A DNA stretch of 59,501 nt from a virus (lineage: Duplodnaviria; Caudoviricetes). The notes under the pieces are model-generated. The model ran no database searches, was not told where the DNA came from, and saw only the letters and a program-made list of their open reading frames with translations. Numbering within the stretch: the stretch's first letter is position 1; every line of letters begins with the position of its first letter. This document shows positions 19,314 to 29,003 of the stretch, piece after piece. Made by a program: the position numbers and the translations under genes. Location: positions 1 to 59,501 of IMG/VR virus record IMGVR_UViG_3300023179_005665. One strand, given 5' to 3'.

Positions 19314-19961
19314 TTAAATATTTTGAAGTAAAAGCGGAATATTAGCTATATAATGTGCCCTAACGCCATAAATACCAGAAGACTTTAGTGTTTCTATATG
19401 CTTTGGAGTCCAAATATTTCCATTACAAATAGTATGTATATTAGATTTAGCTGTAAGATATTTAGAAGCAATTAAATTATCATTAATATCATCAATCATA
19501 TGTCCCGTAGACGGTAGCACATATTCAACACCAAAACTTTTTAATATTTGACAAGTTTTAGCTAGTGTCTCATGGTTAAATACTCTATATTCTAGAATAT
19601 ATCTAAGTATAATATTATGGGTTTTACAAATGTCTATATTATTTTGTATATCTTCTCTTAATTTTTCATATTTTCTATTGGCAATAAATTTAGCCGGTGC
19701 TACAACATCTATAACCGAAACTCCTTGTTTGGCCGCTATAGCAACAGAGGAGGATCTGGTTTTAAGATCAGAAATACCGTAGGGATAATCTATAGGACAT
19801 GATATATTAATAGAATCCATATCTACTAAAGATTTAATAGTAGATAAATGTATAAAATGTAATGCGATATTTGATACGCCTAATTTAATAGCAGACGCGA
19901 TATTATGCTTAATCTCATCATCAGATAGTGAATAATCATAGCAAGCATACTCTATATACAT
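19314..19961 (-). CDS. DeoC/DERA-fold protein, catalytic Lys apparently absent
   Basis: IDYPYG, IDVV, RYILE and YVLPSTG align by eye to DeoC VGFPLG, IDMV, KVILE and FVKTSTG. Confidence 0.7.
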   Translation of the reverse strand: MYIEYACYDYSLSDDEIKHNIASAIKLGVSNIALHFIHLSTIKSLVDMDSINISCPIDYPYGISDLKTRSSSVAIAAKQGVSVIDVVAPAKFIANRKYEKLREDIQNNIDICKTHNIILRYILEYRVFNHETLAKTCQILKSFGVEYVLPSTGHMIDDINDNLIASKYLTAKSNIHTICNGNIWTPKHIETLKSSGIYGVRAHYIANIPLLLQNI

Positions 19962-19963
19962 TA

Positions 19964-20641
19964 CTATTTTCTTTTTACATAGGTTTTTAAAAAGTCTATA
20001 TTTGGATATTTTTTAGTACCAAGTATACCATCTGCAAAACCATAATCTACAGCTTCTTGTGCTGTCAGAATCCAATCGCATTTATTGGCTAATTGTGACA
20101 CAATATGCTTTTTGGCCATCATTCTTTTCCAATTTTTTTCTTTACATATGCTACTATTCATACACCTATCGGTAAATACATCAACCATCTTATCGCATTC
20201 TTTTTCGTTCCATTGGATACCAGCAACGGCCGCTTTACTATGTTCTCCATCTAGAGTGAACGAACCATAATGAATCATCATATTTGTATTGGGCATCAAT
20301 ATTCTTAAATCCGCAGCCTGAAACAAAAAGCTACTAGAAGACTCAGCTTTGGCATAAGATAGTATTATTACTCTAGCTTTGGATGCTTTGACAGCATCGT
20401 ACATGCCTAAACAGTCTTGCCAATCTCCTCCGGGAAGATGCATATGAATTAGAATAGGTTCCAAAGAAAGTAAATTTAGGTATCTTAAGTTTTTTTCAAA
20501 TGAAATGGCTGAACGATAATCAACACCGCTTTCTTCTTCAGTATCAGATAAATATGAATGTAGATATATTTCTCTATTAAGAGGATCTATATTATAGTTA
20601 TGAAGTAAAGATAGATCCAAATCTTTTTGATTATTAGACAT
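19964..20641 (-). CDS. clpP: ClpP-like (S14) peptidase
   Basis: REIYL, PGGD, AESSSS (Ser), MMIH (His), DWILTAQEAVDYGFAD (Asp). Confidence 0.8.
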   Translation of the reverse strand: MSNNQKDLDLSLLHNYNIDPLNREIYLHSYLSDTEEESGVDYRSAISFEKNLRYLNLLSLEPILIHMHLPGGDWQDCLGMYDAVKASKARVIILSYAKAESSSSFLFQAADLRILMPNTNMMIHYGSFTLDGEHSKAAVAGIQWNEKECDKMVDVFTDRCMNSSICKEKNWKRMMAKKHIVSQLANKCDWILTAQEAVDYGFADGILGTKKYPNIDFLKTYVKRK

Positions 20642-20646
20642 AATAA

Positions 20647-21096
20647 TTATTCCAGATATTCATAAACACTATTATTTATTCTTGTCATAACATCAGAATC
20701 TTTGAATGCTTTACCAATACCAATTCTAAATCTGTATCGCGTAAAAATATCTAATGTTTCTACTCCAGGAGTTACCTCAATAATATTAGCTACTGTTTCT
20801 GTGATATTAAAATTTGTATGCCCCACCCAAAAATTAAAAATTTTACTGCTGGCAGTATTTTCTGTAAGTGGTATTATTCCCATAGGCGTGGCTATTACTT
20901 TTATATTCTTTTTGTTATATGCTAAAAAACTCGTTTCGTGTTTTTCTTCATCGCCATCATACATTACATCATCATCTTGATTATCTTCGGTATCTTTTTT
21001 AAGCTGATTAATTAATTCTTGTTTATCATCTTCTCCAAAGGGATCAAACCATTTCTGCCACATAATAATATTTTCTGGTTTATGATAGGTAGTCAT
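20647..21096 (-). CDS. Hypothetical protein
   Basis: 149-aa ORF in operon; FNFWVGHTNFNIT...TRYRFRIGIG segment looks conserved but is unassigned. Confidence 0.65.
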   Translation of the reverse strand: MTTYHKPENIIMWQKWFDPFGEDDKQELINQLKKDTEDNQDDDVMYDGDEEKHETSFLAYNKKNIKVIATPMGIIPLTENTASSKIFNFWVGHTNFNITETVANIIEVTPGVETLDIFTRYRFRIGIGKAFKDSDVMTRINNSVYEYLE

Positions 21097-21161
21097 TTAC
21101 ATATACCGCATAGAATGAGTGTTTGTGTTCATGTCTTATAGTAAGACCAGACAACGGTATT

Positions 21162-21605
21162 TCAATTGATTTCACCACTAAATACAGATAATGGTCTAAT
21201 TACCGGTTGATCATTTTTTTCTTGGTATTGTTTAGATTTTAATAACTCAGTATGAAATAATGACCATGCTATAATAATATTGTCACATAATAGTGTATGC
21301 ATATCTTCTTGATTGGTTTTTTTGTGTTGTTTTAATATATTAATTAGGTCATTTTTTAAATACCCCTCATTAATAGATAACAAAAATTGACCATATTTTT
21401 CAGCTAAACTGGTTATCTCTGTCAAGTTTTTACCATTGGTTTCTGGCAAAATACAGGACACATCAATATCTAAATCATTAGTTAAAGCAAATATCAATCC
21501 TCCGATATATTGCTCTTTATCTAAGAGTGATGTTTTTTTAACTGGCTGCGGTTTATCAAAAAAATACTTATATAATCTGATAAAATATTTATTTAGATTA
21601 AGCAT
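21162..21605 (-). CDS. Hypothetical protein
   Basis: 147-aa ORF overlapping the sigma factor stop. Confidence 0.6.
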   Translation of the reverse strand: MLNLNKYFIRLYKYFFDKPQPVKKTSLLDKEQYIGGLIFALTNDLDIDVSCILPETNGKNLTEITSLAEKYGQFLLSINEGYLKNDLINILKQHKKTNQEDMHTLLCDNIIIAWSLFHTELLKSKQYQEKNDQPVIRPLSVFSGEIN

Positions 21606-22186
21606 TTGTCTGCGTTTCTAATTATCTCCAGTCCTCTTTTAATATTCTGTCGCACAGCTTCTCTTGAAACGCCAAAAACTTTTCCTATTTCTGATAATGT
21701 TTTATCCTGAAAGTAATACATTTCTATCTGCTTCTTCTGTTTAGCAGATAAGACATTATTATTATTGAGTAGTGAGTTGATATCCTGTTCTAAATTATTT
21801 TGGCTTTCATTATCTATTAATATTTGCAAAGGAGACTTTTGCTTTGAGTCTGGTAATAAAGCATCAAGCTTTTGCTCATTGTCATTATCCATATCTAAAC
21901 TATAATGCTTTTTATTTTTGTATCTTTGTGTAATATAGGTTTTAATTGCCCATATAGCGCATTGATTTCTATAAGAATAGATGGTCTTTTTCTGTCCAGA
22001 TTTACCTGTCCTATCGGCATCAAATCTCCAATCAGCATACATAATGGCAGTAGCAACATCGGATATCGCTTCTTCGTTCTTAAGCATCTCAGCAGATAAA
22101 CCATTGTAAAACTGCGGACCGAATTTAGAAATTGTTTTTTTTGCTAAAGATATATATTGCGATAAAGAATCAAACTTTTTTTCCAT
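21593..22186 (-). CDS. Phage sigma-70-family sigma factor
   Basis: Region 4 HTH LSAKQKKQIEMYYFQDKTLSEIGKVFGVSREAVRQ; region-2-like AIWAIKTYI; start refined to ATG 22186 (RBS GAGGA). Confidence 0.8.
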   Translation of the reverse strand: MEKKFDSLSQYISLAKKTISKFGPQFYNGLSAEMLKNEEAISDVATAIMYADWRFDADRTGKSGQKKTIYSYRNQCAIWAIKTYITQRYKNKKHYSLDMDNDNEQKLDALLPDSKQKSPLQILIDNESQNNLEQDINSLLNNNNVLSAKQKKQIEMYYFQDKTLSEIGKVFGVSREAVRQNIKRGLEIIRNADKCLI

Positions 22187-22228
22187 TTTAGTCCTCAAAT
22201 ACTTGACATCAAACCGCCAAAATATACG

Positions 22229-22675
22229 CTATTCGGGCTTTTTGCTGTCCTTCGTTAGTTTATTCCATGTCTCAGGATCGGGTCTATCCTTATCTCCTGG
22301 TTTGGCCGGGCGATATTTTTTTCCTTCTCTTTCTTTTTTCTTCCTGATGTTTTCCCACAATCCAGGTTTAGAGCCTCCTTCGGAGGTATCGTCATTTTCC
22401 GTAACATACATGACAAAATCATGAATTGTTCTCATGTAGTCCTCAGTTATGGCGATTTTACCCTGAAGCCAGCTCTCTGTCAAGTTTTCTTTTACGGCTG
22501 GGTTATTTAGGGCATCAAGTATATTTTGTGCGTGTGTGCGTATCGCTTTGATTGATCCTAAGCTCATATTATAAAAATCTTCTTTGTACTCTTGCAAATC
22601 TTCATTAGCTACAGGCTTATTGTTAGATAATAAATTTTCGTTAAGATTATTCAAGATTTTATGAAATCTGTCCAT
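22229..22675 (-). CDS. Hypothetical phage protein
   Basis: ESWLQGKIAITEDYM and KPGLWENIRKK motifs seen in large-phage hypotheticals. Confidence 0.65.
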   Translation of the reverse strand: MDRFHKILNNLNENLLSNNKPVANEDLQEYKEDFYNMSLGSIKAIRTHAQNILDALNNPAVKENLTESWLQGKIAITEDYMRTIHDFVMYVTENDDTSEGGSKPGLWENIRKKKEREGKKYRPAKPGDKDRPDPETWNKLTKDSKKPE

Positions 22676-23349
22676 TGTCGTTCTTTCTGTAACAAGGGGT
22701 GTAGCTCTTTGAAGAGATATTTTGCTAATATTATAGAAGCATCGTTGTCTGATTTATAATGTACACCTTGGCGTATGCGGGCATTAGCCGTATTATTAAC
22801 CTGCTCTTTTAGCTCGTATTTTAATGACGAATATAGCTCGCTTAATATTTCGCAGGCTAAAGCTGTATAGAATGTGTGTCCGGAGGGATATGATGGGGTG
22901 TGATGTGTTTGTGTCTCTAATACATCTATGTTTAAGCCATAAATTTTGCCAATAGTTTGTGGTCGTGGTCTATTATATAGATATTTAATATTCATCATTA
23001 CTGGTTTTGTAATACTATAAAACATATCGAAATAAGCAGAAGGAAACGCTAAACTTCTTTGTTCAAGAAGTTTTTTAATTCCGTAATTTGGATCGTCGTC
23101 AATATCTAGTATCGATTGTTTATCTGCTATTGATCTGTGTGACGATGATTGATCCTGAACATAAACTACTTCGTTGTATGTTTTCTTACTACTATTAGCG
23201 GCTGGGGGTTCTAGTTTTGTTTCCCAGTTAAAAGATATAACTTTGGCTACAGGATATTCTATGATCGAATCTGAATATTTTATTGAGTCTATATCAAGAT
23301 GAGTTAACTTATGATCTATATCAAATAATAGTTTATTAATTGCTCTCAT
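22651..23349 (-). CDS. PAP2-family phosphatase
   Basis: KxxYNRPRP, PSYPSGH and RIRQGVHYKSD motifs. Confidence 0.85.
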   Translation of the reverse strand: MRAINKLLFDIDHKLTHLDIDSIKYSDSIIEYPVAKVISFNWETKLEPPAANSSKKTYNEVVYVQDQSSSHRSIADKQSILDIDDDPNYGIKKLLEQRSLAFPSAYFDMFYSITKPVMMNIKYLYNRPRPQTIGKIYGLNIDVLETQTHHTPSYPSGHTFYTALACEILSELYSSLKYELKEQVNNTANARIRQGVHYKSDNDASIILAKYLFKELHPLLQKERQWTDFIKS

Positions 23350-23354
23350 TTTAA

Positions 23355-23915
23355 TTATGCTTGAAGGCTTAAGAAATTATCCAGACCCATTTGCTCGATA
23401 AGCTTAAGATATCCCTCGTATAATTTAATACCGTCTTCGCTACCCTGTAGCAAAGGAATCATAATATTGGCAGTGAGTTCATCTCCTACGGCTCGTGCGG
23501 CGGCAATAGTGGCTCTTTCGGCAGATGATGCTTCTCTTACGGAAGCTAAATTATAGTTAATCATTGCTACCATATCATGTCTTGTCCAAGATGGTGGTGA
23601 AACTATTAGTGGTTGATAATCACTATCAAAAAATTCTAATCTTTCTATATTTATCATGGCGTGTCTATGTTCTTCTATAGCGTCTTTCTTGATAGCGTCC
23701 GCTAGTTTTTTATAGCCCCATCTATCTAAATGAATAGCCTGAGCCGACAGCGCTGTTGTTTGCTGCCAGTGAATATTCAAAGATTTTTTAAGTAGTTCGA
23801 TGACAGTTTCTGTAGAATAATTAGTAATTTCTTGAGATTCTGTGTTTTCTAATTTTTTATCCATATTTAGTATTACTCTTTCTTGATCTTGTAATAGTTC
23901 TGATATTGTTTTCAT
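23355..23915 (-). CDS. bfr: Bacterioferritin-like protein, degenerate ferroxidase centre
   Basis: WGYKKLA...EEHRHA...IERLEF, GDELT and LIEQMGLDNFL match Bfr helices. Confidence 0.75.
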   Translation of the reverse strand: MKTISELLQDQERVILNMDKKLENTESQEITNYSTETVIELLKKSLNIHWQQTTALSAQAIHLDRWGYKKLADAIKKDAIEEHRHAMINIERLEFFDSDYQPLIVSPPSWTRHDMVAMINYNLASVREASSAERATIAAARAVGDELTANIMIPLLQGSEDGIKLYEGYLKLIEQMGLDNFLSLQA

Positions 23916-23919
23916 ATTA

Positions 23920-24489
23920 TCACCAAGCTCGACATGACCAGTATCGGGCTTTCCATTTTGGGCCAGGATTATCGCAGTTGTGTCTGGCTCTAAAACTTTT
24001 TCTTCTTTCTGGAATATTTTTCTTGATTTTCATATTTTTGTCACCGAATCTCACGATAACAACCTTACCCTTATCATTCTTGACATAAACTGCAGATTTT
24101 TTAGGACCGTCTGGTGTTCTAAAGGGTTTATTTAAAGTTACTTTACGTCCCTGATACTCTGCTGCTGTTAAATGAGAAATATCGTATTCTTCTGTAGCTT
24201 CTCCATAATCTATATAGTCTTCATTTTGAGGAAAGATTAAATTAGAAAGCGTAAGTAATTCTTCTGGTTGTTCATCATCTTGACAACCTTCACAGTCAAA
24301 AGCTAAACTAAAACCTAAAATTTCTAAAACTTGATCTAATAAATTGCCTTTAGTTTTTTTAGTTTGTCCTAAGCACACAGCTACTCTTTGCTTAGTATCT
24401 TCGTAGTCCTTCTTCATAGTTTCGTCGCCCATACAGCGACTTATAAACTTTTGACGATCTTCATTTTTTTCTGGTTGTGGAATGGGCAT
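23920..24489 (-). CDS. Conserved phage protein (DUF6321-like C-terminus)
   Basis: AEYQGRKVTLNKPFRTPDGPKK...RRKSFRARHNC...ARYWSC; start refined to MPIPQP behind RBS AAGGAG. Confidence 0.7.
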   Translation of the reverse strand: MPIPQPEKNEDRQKFISRCMGDETMKKDYEDTKQRVAVCLGQTKKTKGNLLDQVLEILGFSLAFDCEGCQDDEQPEELLTLSNLIFPQNEDYIDYGEATEEYDISHLTAAEYQGRKVTLNKPFRTPDGPKKSAVYVKNDKGKVVIVRFGDKNMKIKKNIPERRKSFRARHNCDNPGPKWKARYWSCRAW

Positions 24490-24503
24490 CAATAGAGTCT
24501 CCT

Positions 24504-25562
24504 TCAACTCTTTATACACCTTTCTATCAGATTGGCAGTATTACTCCATGATAGTTTTTTGGCCGTTTCTAAGCCACTAGAATTAGTTCTAATATTATTT
24601 TTATATAAATATCTCATATGTTCTATGCATTGATCTTTTTGTTTTGATTCTATTTTAGCCCAATAGCCTTGATTTCTAAAAGCCTTCCCATCAAAAGCTA
24701 ATTCTTTATCGTATATATCAATCAAATAACAATTATCTTTATTGCAAAATTCTTTATGTGCTGAATAATTTGTTGCTATAACTGGTTTGTTCATAGCCAT
24801 ACATTCCAGCAACTCTAAATTCCAACCTTCTGCACGCGAAGGGAAAATTCCACAAGAAGCTGCACCAATAATGTCTGCTATTTGAGCATGAGTTTCTACC
24901 CCGGTTGATATTTTAACCCTAGTATCACTAGAGTACATTTTTTTCCAATAATTTAGTTCGTCCTCATTTGAATAGCTATTAGTATGTTCAGAAGCCAATA
25001 TCCATAGTTCAACATCATTATTGTCTGGAAAAGCAGTTTGAAATAATTCTAATAATATATCATGTCCCTTGCGAACTTCCCATTTACCTATATTAAGAAA
25101 TATGTATTTATCCGAAAATTTATTAGTAGTTTTTGTATAAGAAAATGTGTTGGTATTAACGCCAAGAGGAATAACATCTACAGGTTGAGTTACCCCATTA
25201 TTAATCATAACCTGCTTTGCCCAATCACTAGTCACAAAAATACTATCCGGTACTTTGAGATGATTTTTCTCATGATCAGAAAAAGTGTCCAATTCAAAAA
25301 AGGGAAAAGCATAATATTTACCGTTACCAATATGTTCTGCTAAGTCAAACTGATGCCAGATTTTTAAACAAACATCATGTGGATAAAGTTTAGGATTTTC
25401 TATCCAGGGCTTAACAAGATCGTAGTCCTCTTGATTATCAACTACTGGTGAGCCTTTAGGGAAATATGCTATATTGTTATTTTTAGATAGCTCTTTCAAA
25501 ATATTAAAAGAAGCTATTCCATAACCTGTATTATTTATAGGTCCACAAAAATTAATATTCAT
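24504..25562 (-). CDS. GT-B glycosyltransferase (GT4-like)
   Basis: GKWEVRKG and PSRAEGWNLELLECMAMNKPVIAT. Confidence 0.85.
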   Translation of the reverse strand: MNINFCGPINNTGYGIASFNILKELSKNNNIAYFPKGSPVVDNQEDYDLVKPWIENPKLYPHDVCLKIWHQFDLAEHIGNGKYYAFPFFELDTFSDHEKNHLKVPDSIFVTSDWAKQVMINNGVTQPVDVIPLGVNTNTFSYTKTTNKFSDKYIFLNIGKWEVRKGHDILLELFQTAFPDNNDVELWILASEHTNSYSNEDELNYWKKMYSSDTRVKISTGVETHAQIADIIGAASCGIFPSRAEGWNLELLECMAMNKPVIATNYSAHKEFCNKDNCYLIDIYDKELAFDGKAFRNQGYWAKIESKQKDQCIEHMRYLYKNNIRTNSSGLETAKKLSWSNTANLIERCIKS

Positions 25563-26686
25563 TAAACACCTAAAGTAGGATTGTTATTGTTGTGTATTTT
25601 ATTTACTCGACAGAATTGGCTACATTTTGCCATATGTTTTATATGAGATGCTCCTATATAACAACAACAAGAGCGTATACCACCTAAAAGTTCTTGTATC
25701 ACTTTGTCTAAAGAGCCTTTATATTTAACTGCTATTTTCGTGCCTTCGCTTGCTCTATATTCTTTCACTGTATCTTCATATAGTTGTTGAGAGTGATGAG
25801 TACTCATTCCATAATAAGAAAATTTGACTTTGCGTTTTTCTGTTGTGTATCCCGGATCATTCGGTTGATAAAAGTTACCGTGACGAGACAGATATTCGTA
25901 TTCCCATTCTCCATCGCATGGTTCGCTACCAGCGAAGTACCCGCCAAGCATAACAAAATCGCTTCCGGAGCATAGTGATTTACATACATCACCAGAGGTT
26001 TTGTGCCCGCCGTCCGAAACGATTAGACCCAGTTTCTTCGGTCCGTTTTGAAGGCCATGAGCCACATAAGCATTTTCTAAACAAGCGGACAACTGAGGCA
26101 TTCCGCAGCCAGTCAAAAATCTTGTTGTACATGCTGATCCACCGCCTATACCAACCTTAACAATATCTACGCCGCCATAAATCAAAAGTTCTTGAGTAGA
26201 CGATGTATTGGTAACATTTCCTGCAATAATGATTGATTCTGGAAAATGTTCTCTAACCTTATGACAATACTTGACAAAAACATCCATATGTCCATTGGGA
26301 ACATCTATGCAAATATTAGGCTGTTTTCCGAGTTTGTTTTTTAGTTCTAATAAATGATTAAGATCACTTTTTTTATAACCTATTGAAACAAAAGTATAAT
26401 CTATGTTGGATTGATGATCGATAAAATATTTATATAGCTCTTCAACAGTATGATATTTATGTAAACATGCTATCATCTTATGATTCGCCAATTCAATAGC
26501 CATATCAAAACTACAAAAACTCATATTAGCACACATAATAGGTATGCCCGTCCAAGTTCTTGGACTATGATAAAAACTAAATGTTCTTTCTAAATTAATT
26601 TCTGATCGGCTAGTAAGAGTGGATCTTTGTGGTACAATTAACACATCGTCAAAATCTAGTTTAGTTTCATTCACAATCTTCTGCAT
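25562..26686 (-). CDS. guaC: GMP reductase
   Basis: LDFDDVLIVPQRSTLTSRS, DIVKVGIGGGSACTTR, DGG, FVMLGG, ASEG, LGGIRS. Confidence 0.9.
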   Translation of the reverse strand: MQKIVNETKLDFDDVLIVPQRSTLTSRSEINLERTFSFYHSPRTWTGIPIMCANMSFCSFDMAIELANHKMIACLHKYHTVEELYKYFIDHQSNIDYTFVSIGYKKSDLNHLLELKNKLGKQPNICIDVPNGHMDVFVKYCHKVREHFPESIIIAGNVTNTSSTQELLIYGGVDIVKVGIGGGSACTTRFLTGCGMPQLSACLENAYVAHGLQNGPKKLGLIVSDGGHKTSGDVCKSLCSGSDFVMLGGYFAGSEPCDGEWEYEYLSRHGNFYQPNDPGYTTEKRKVKFSYYGMSTHHSQQLYEDTVKEYRASEGTKIAVKYKGSLDKVIQELLGGIRSCCCYIGASHIKHMAKCSQFCRVNKIHNNNNPTLGV

Positions 26687-26687
26687 C

Positions 26688-26891
26688 TTATACTTTCTTT
26701 AAGAAATCATCTATGTCGTAGCATTTCCAATTTTTAAAATCTTCAAATCCAGTTTCACTCACACATATCCTAGATCCATACATAATATTTTTCTTTTTAT
26801 AGTGATACATCGCAGAGAGGATGGCTGACTCTGGATCGGTAGTATCAATAATATATCTTATTTCGCCAGATTTTACATAGTATTTTGGCAT
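26688..26891 (-). CDS. Hypothetical protein
   Basis: 67-aa ORF immediately upstream of guaC. Confidence 0.6.
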   Translation of the reverse strand: MPKYYVKSGEIRYIIDTTDPESAILSAMYHYKKKNIMYGSRICVSETGFEDFKNWKCYDIDDFLKKV

Positions 26892-26950
26892 TTTGGTTTT
26901 TTTGTGCGATTTCCAATGATCTGGTGTATCAACATATAGTACGAGGAGAT

Positions 26951-27634
26951 ATGTTTATGTCAACCAAAACTTGCGTAAAGTGCAAAGTATCAAAAGCTTT
27001 GTTAAATTTTACAAATAATAAAACAAAAAAAGACGGAAAAAATAATTATTGTAAAGTTTGTCAACAAACATATAGAAAACAAAACAGAAAAAAAATTCAA
27101 AAATATCTAAAAAAATATAGAACAAAAAATAAAAAAAAATTAACAAATCTATATAAAACATATAGACATAACAATAAAGAAAAAATTAAATATAAAGATG
27201 CTCAATATAGAGAGAAAAATAAAGAAAAAATACAAAAATACAATAAAAAATGGAGAAAAAAAAATAAGCTTTTGATTAATAAAAAAAAGAAAGAGTATTA
27301 TTACCGACGTATAGTAGATATAGATTATAGAATTCTTAATAATTTAAGAAGTAGAATAAGAATAGCTATTAAAAATGGGAAAAAATGTTCAAAGACGATA
27401 GATATTTTAGGAGCAAGTATAGAAGAAGTTAGATTTCATATACAGAAACAATTCAAGGAAGGTATGAGCTGGGAAAATTATGGTTTATATGGATGGCATA
27501 TAGATCATATTATCCCTTGTGATAAATTCGATCTTTCAAAAACTAATGATCAAAAAAAATGTTTTCATTATACAAATCTTCAGCCTTTATGGGCAAAAGA
27601 CAACATTAAAAAATCAAATAAAATCATATATTAA
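26951..27634 (+). CDS. Free-standing HNH homing endonuclease
   Basis: N-terminal CxxC...CxxC, Lys-rich helix, WHIDHIIPC...HYTNLQPLWAKDN; opposite strand to neighbours; RBS GAGGAG before ATG 26951/26957. Confidence 0.85.
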   Translation: MFMSTKTCVKCKVSKALLNFTNNKTKKDGKNNYCKVCQQTYRKQNRKKIQKYLKKYRTKNKKKLTNLYKTYRHNNKEKIKYKDAQYREKNKEKIQKYNKKWRKKNKLLINKKKKEYYYRRIVDIDYRILNNLRSRIRIAIKNGKKCSKTIDILGASIEEVRFHIQKQFKEGMSWENYGLYGWHIDHIIPCDKFDLSKTNDQKKCFHYTNLQPLWAKDNIKKSNKIIY

Positions 27635-28154
27635 AAAATTGCCATCTTCTATAAGATTCAATGTTTTCATCAGCATCAATATGCTTAAGATAGTTTTTAA
27701 GATCATCCCATGAAGAAAAAATCATTTGATGAGGAATAGTTCCAAATATCCAATCAGGAGCATTTATTTTCCCTTGCTCGACATGAATAAGAATGGGTTT
27801 CTTACATCTGTTTGCACTGAAAATTTCCTCATATGTTCCGCATGGATGTATATCTAAATTCAGATTTACTATTAGAAAATCACTGATATCTACTAATCTC
27901 AAATCAACACGACGTATAACTTTCATCATTTCTGAAAGTTCGTCGTATCTTTCTTTTTGTTTTAGTTTTGTCTTAACCAGATGAGAATCGTGATCTTCCA
28001 TTCCTGTTGTTGTTGGTTTTGTTATGGGGTTAAAAACTACAATACCCATTTGCTCCAAAAACGGAGTTATATTATCTCTCCATGTAGCTCCTCTATCGGC
28101 AACTCTATCCATAGCGCCGGCTAAGTAAACTCTTTGATTTTTCAGTCTATTCAT
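27624..28154 (-). CDS. Nucleoside 2-deoxyribosyltransferase-like protein
   Basis: VYLAGAM...WR...FNP...DLRLVDISD...GTYEE. Confidence 0.75.
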   Translation of the reverse strand: MNRLKNQRVYLAGAMDRVADRGATWRDNITPFLEQMGIVVFNPITKPTTTGMEDHDSHLVKTKLKQKERYDELSEMMKVIRRVDLRLVDISDFLIVNLNLDIHPCGTYEEIFSANRCKKPILIHVEQGKINAPDWIFGTIPHQMIFSSWDDLKNYLKHIDADENIESYRRWQFFNI

Positions 28155-28276
28155 TCGCCTAACAAAAAAGTTAATAAGTTCTTACTGGAAGATATAGAAT
28201 TACCAGATAAACATTGAGATAGTCCATGTATGATACCAAATATAATAGCCAATGTAAAAAATAATCCTAAATGCAT
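28151..28276 (-). CDS. Small membrane protein (41 aa)
   Basis: Manual ORF MHLGLFFTLAIIFGIIHG...LLGE fills the gap; ATGA-coupled to next gene. Confidence 0.45.
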   Translation of the reverse strand: MHLGLFFTLAIIFGIIHGLSQCLSGNSISSSKNLLTFLLGE

Positions 28277-28280
28277 AATG

Positions 28281-29003
28281 TTAAACTCCAATATTGTTAT
28301 ATTTTGCTCTCATAGAAACTACTTCATGAATCATTTGTTGTAAAGTTTCTGGGTTCGTAGATCTACCGAGAGGGTTTTCATAGTACAGGCCAACCGGATG
28401 GTTCACTAATTCTATTGTAGCACCACCGAACGCACAACGCAACCAAAAATCTCCATCGGCAGCAGTTTTATATTTTTCATCAAACCAACCAAAACGATCA
28501 TGTAAATTTTTTCTCCATAAAGGCATGCAATGGGGGCTGTTGTTTTTAAGTAAATTATTGAATGAATGGGGTAGGTATGGATATATTTCTAAAAAAGAAT
28601 TGTCTATATATTTTTCATTAGCTATATGGGATACATATGTAAATCCATAAACAATATCTAATTTAGAATTGTTTAAAAATTTATTTATTAATATTTCTAC
28701 TCCTTCTTTATTTTTACGATCATCAGCATTCCAATTACCTACAATTGGGGCCGAACATAATTTAATAGCCTGATTCCAACCAGCGTAAAGCCCAGGATCA
28801 TCATTCAATTTAAAGTATTTAATATTAGCATATTTACGGGTCAATGGCGATAAATACTTTTCTTCATTTTCTGGTGAATTGCAATTTAAAAAAATAAACT
28901 CTATTTGATCAAATATTGTTTGTTCAAACATATTTTCTATATAACCTAAAATAAACTTTTCTGCTTTATAAAAAGAGCAAAATAAAGAGCATATATAATT
29001 CAT
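28281..29003 (-). CDS. GT2-family glycosyltransferase
   Basis: DPGLYAGWNQAIK, WNADD, AADGDFWLR. Confidence 0.8.
   Translation of the reverse strand: MNYICSLFCSFYKAEKFILGYIENMFEQTIFDQIEFIFLNCNSPENEEKYLSPLTRKYANIKYFKLNDDPGLYAGWNQAIKLCSAPIVGNWNADDRKNKEGVEILINKFLNNSKLDIVYGFTYVSHIANEKYIDNSFLEIYPYLPHSFNNLLKNNSPHCMPLWRKNLHDRFGWFDEKYKTAADGDFWLRCAFGGATIELVNHPVGLYYENPLGRSTNPETLQQMIHEVVSMRAKYNNIGV

Noticed and set aside
22203-22230. Plus-strand TTGACA promoter
   Set aside because: Poor -10 (TACGCT) and no credible plus-strand gene downstream
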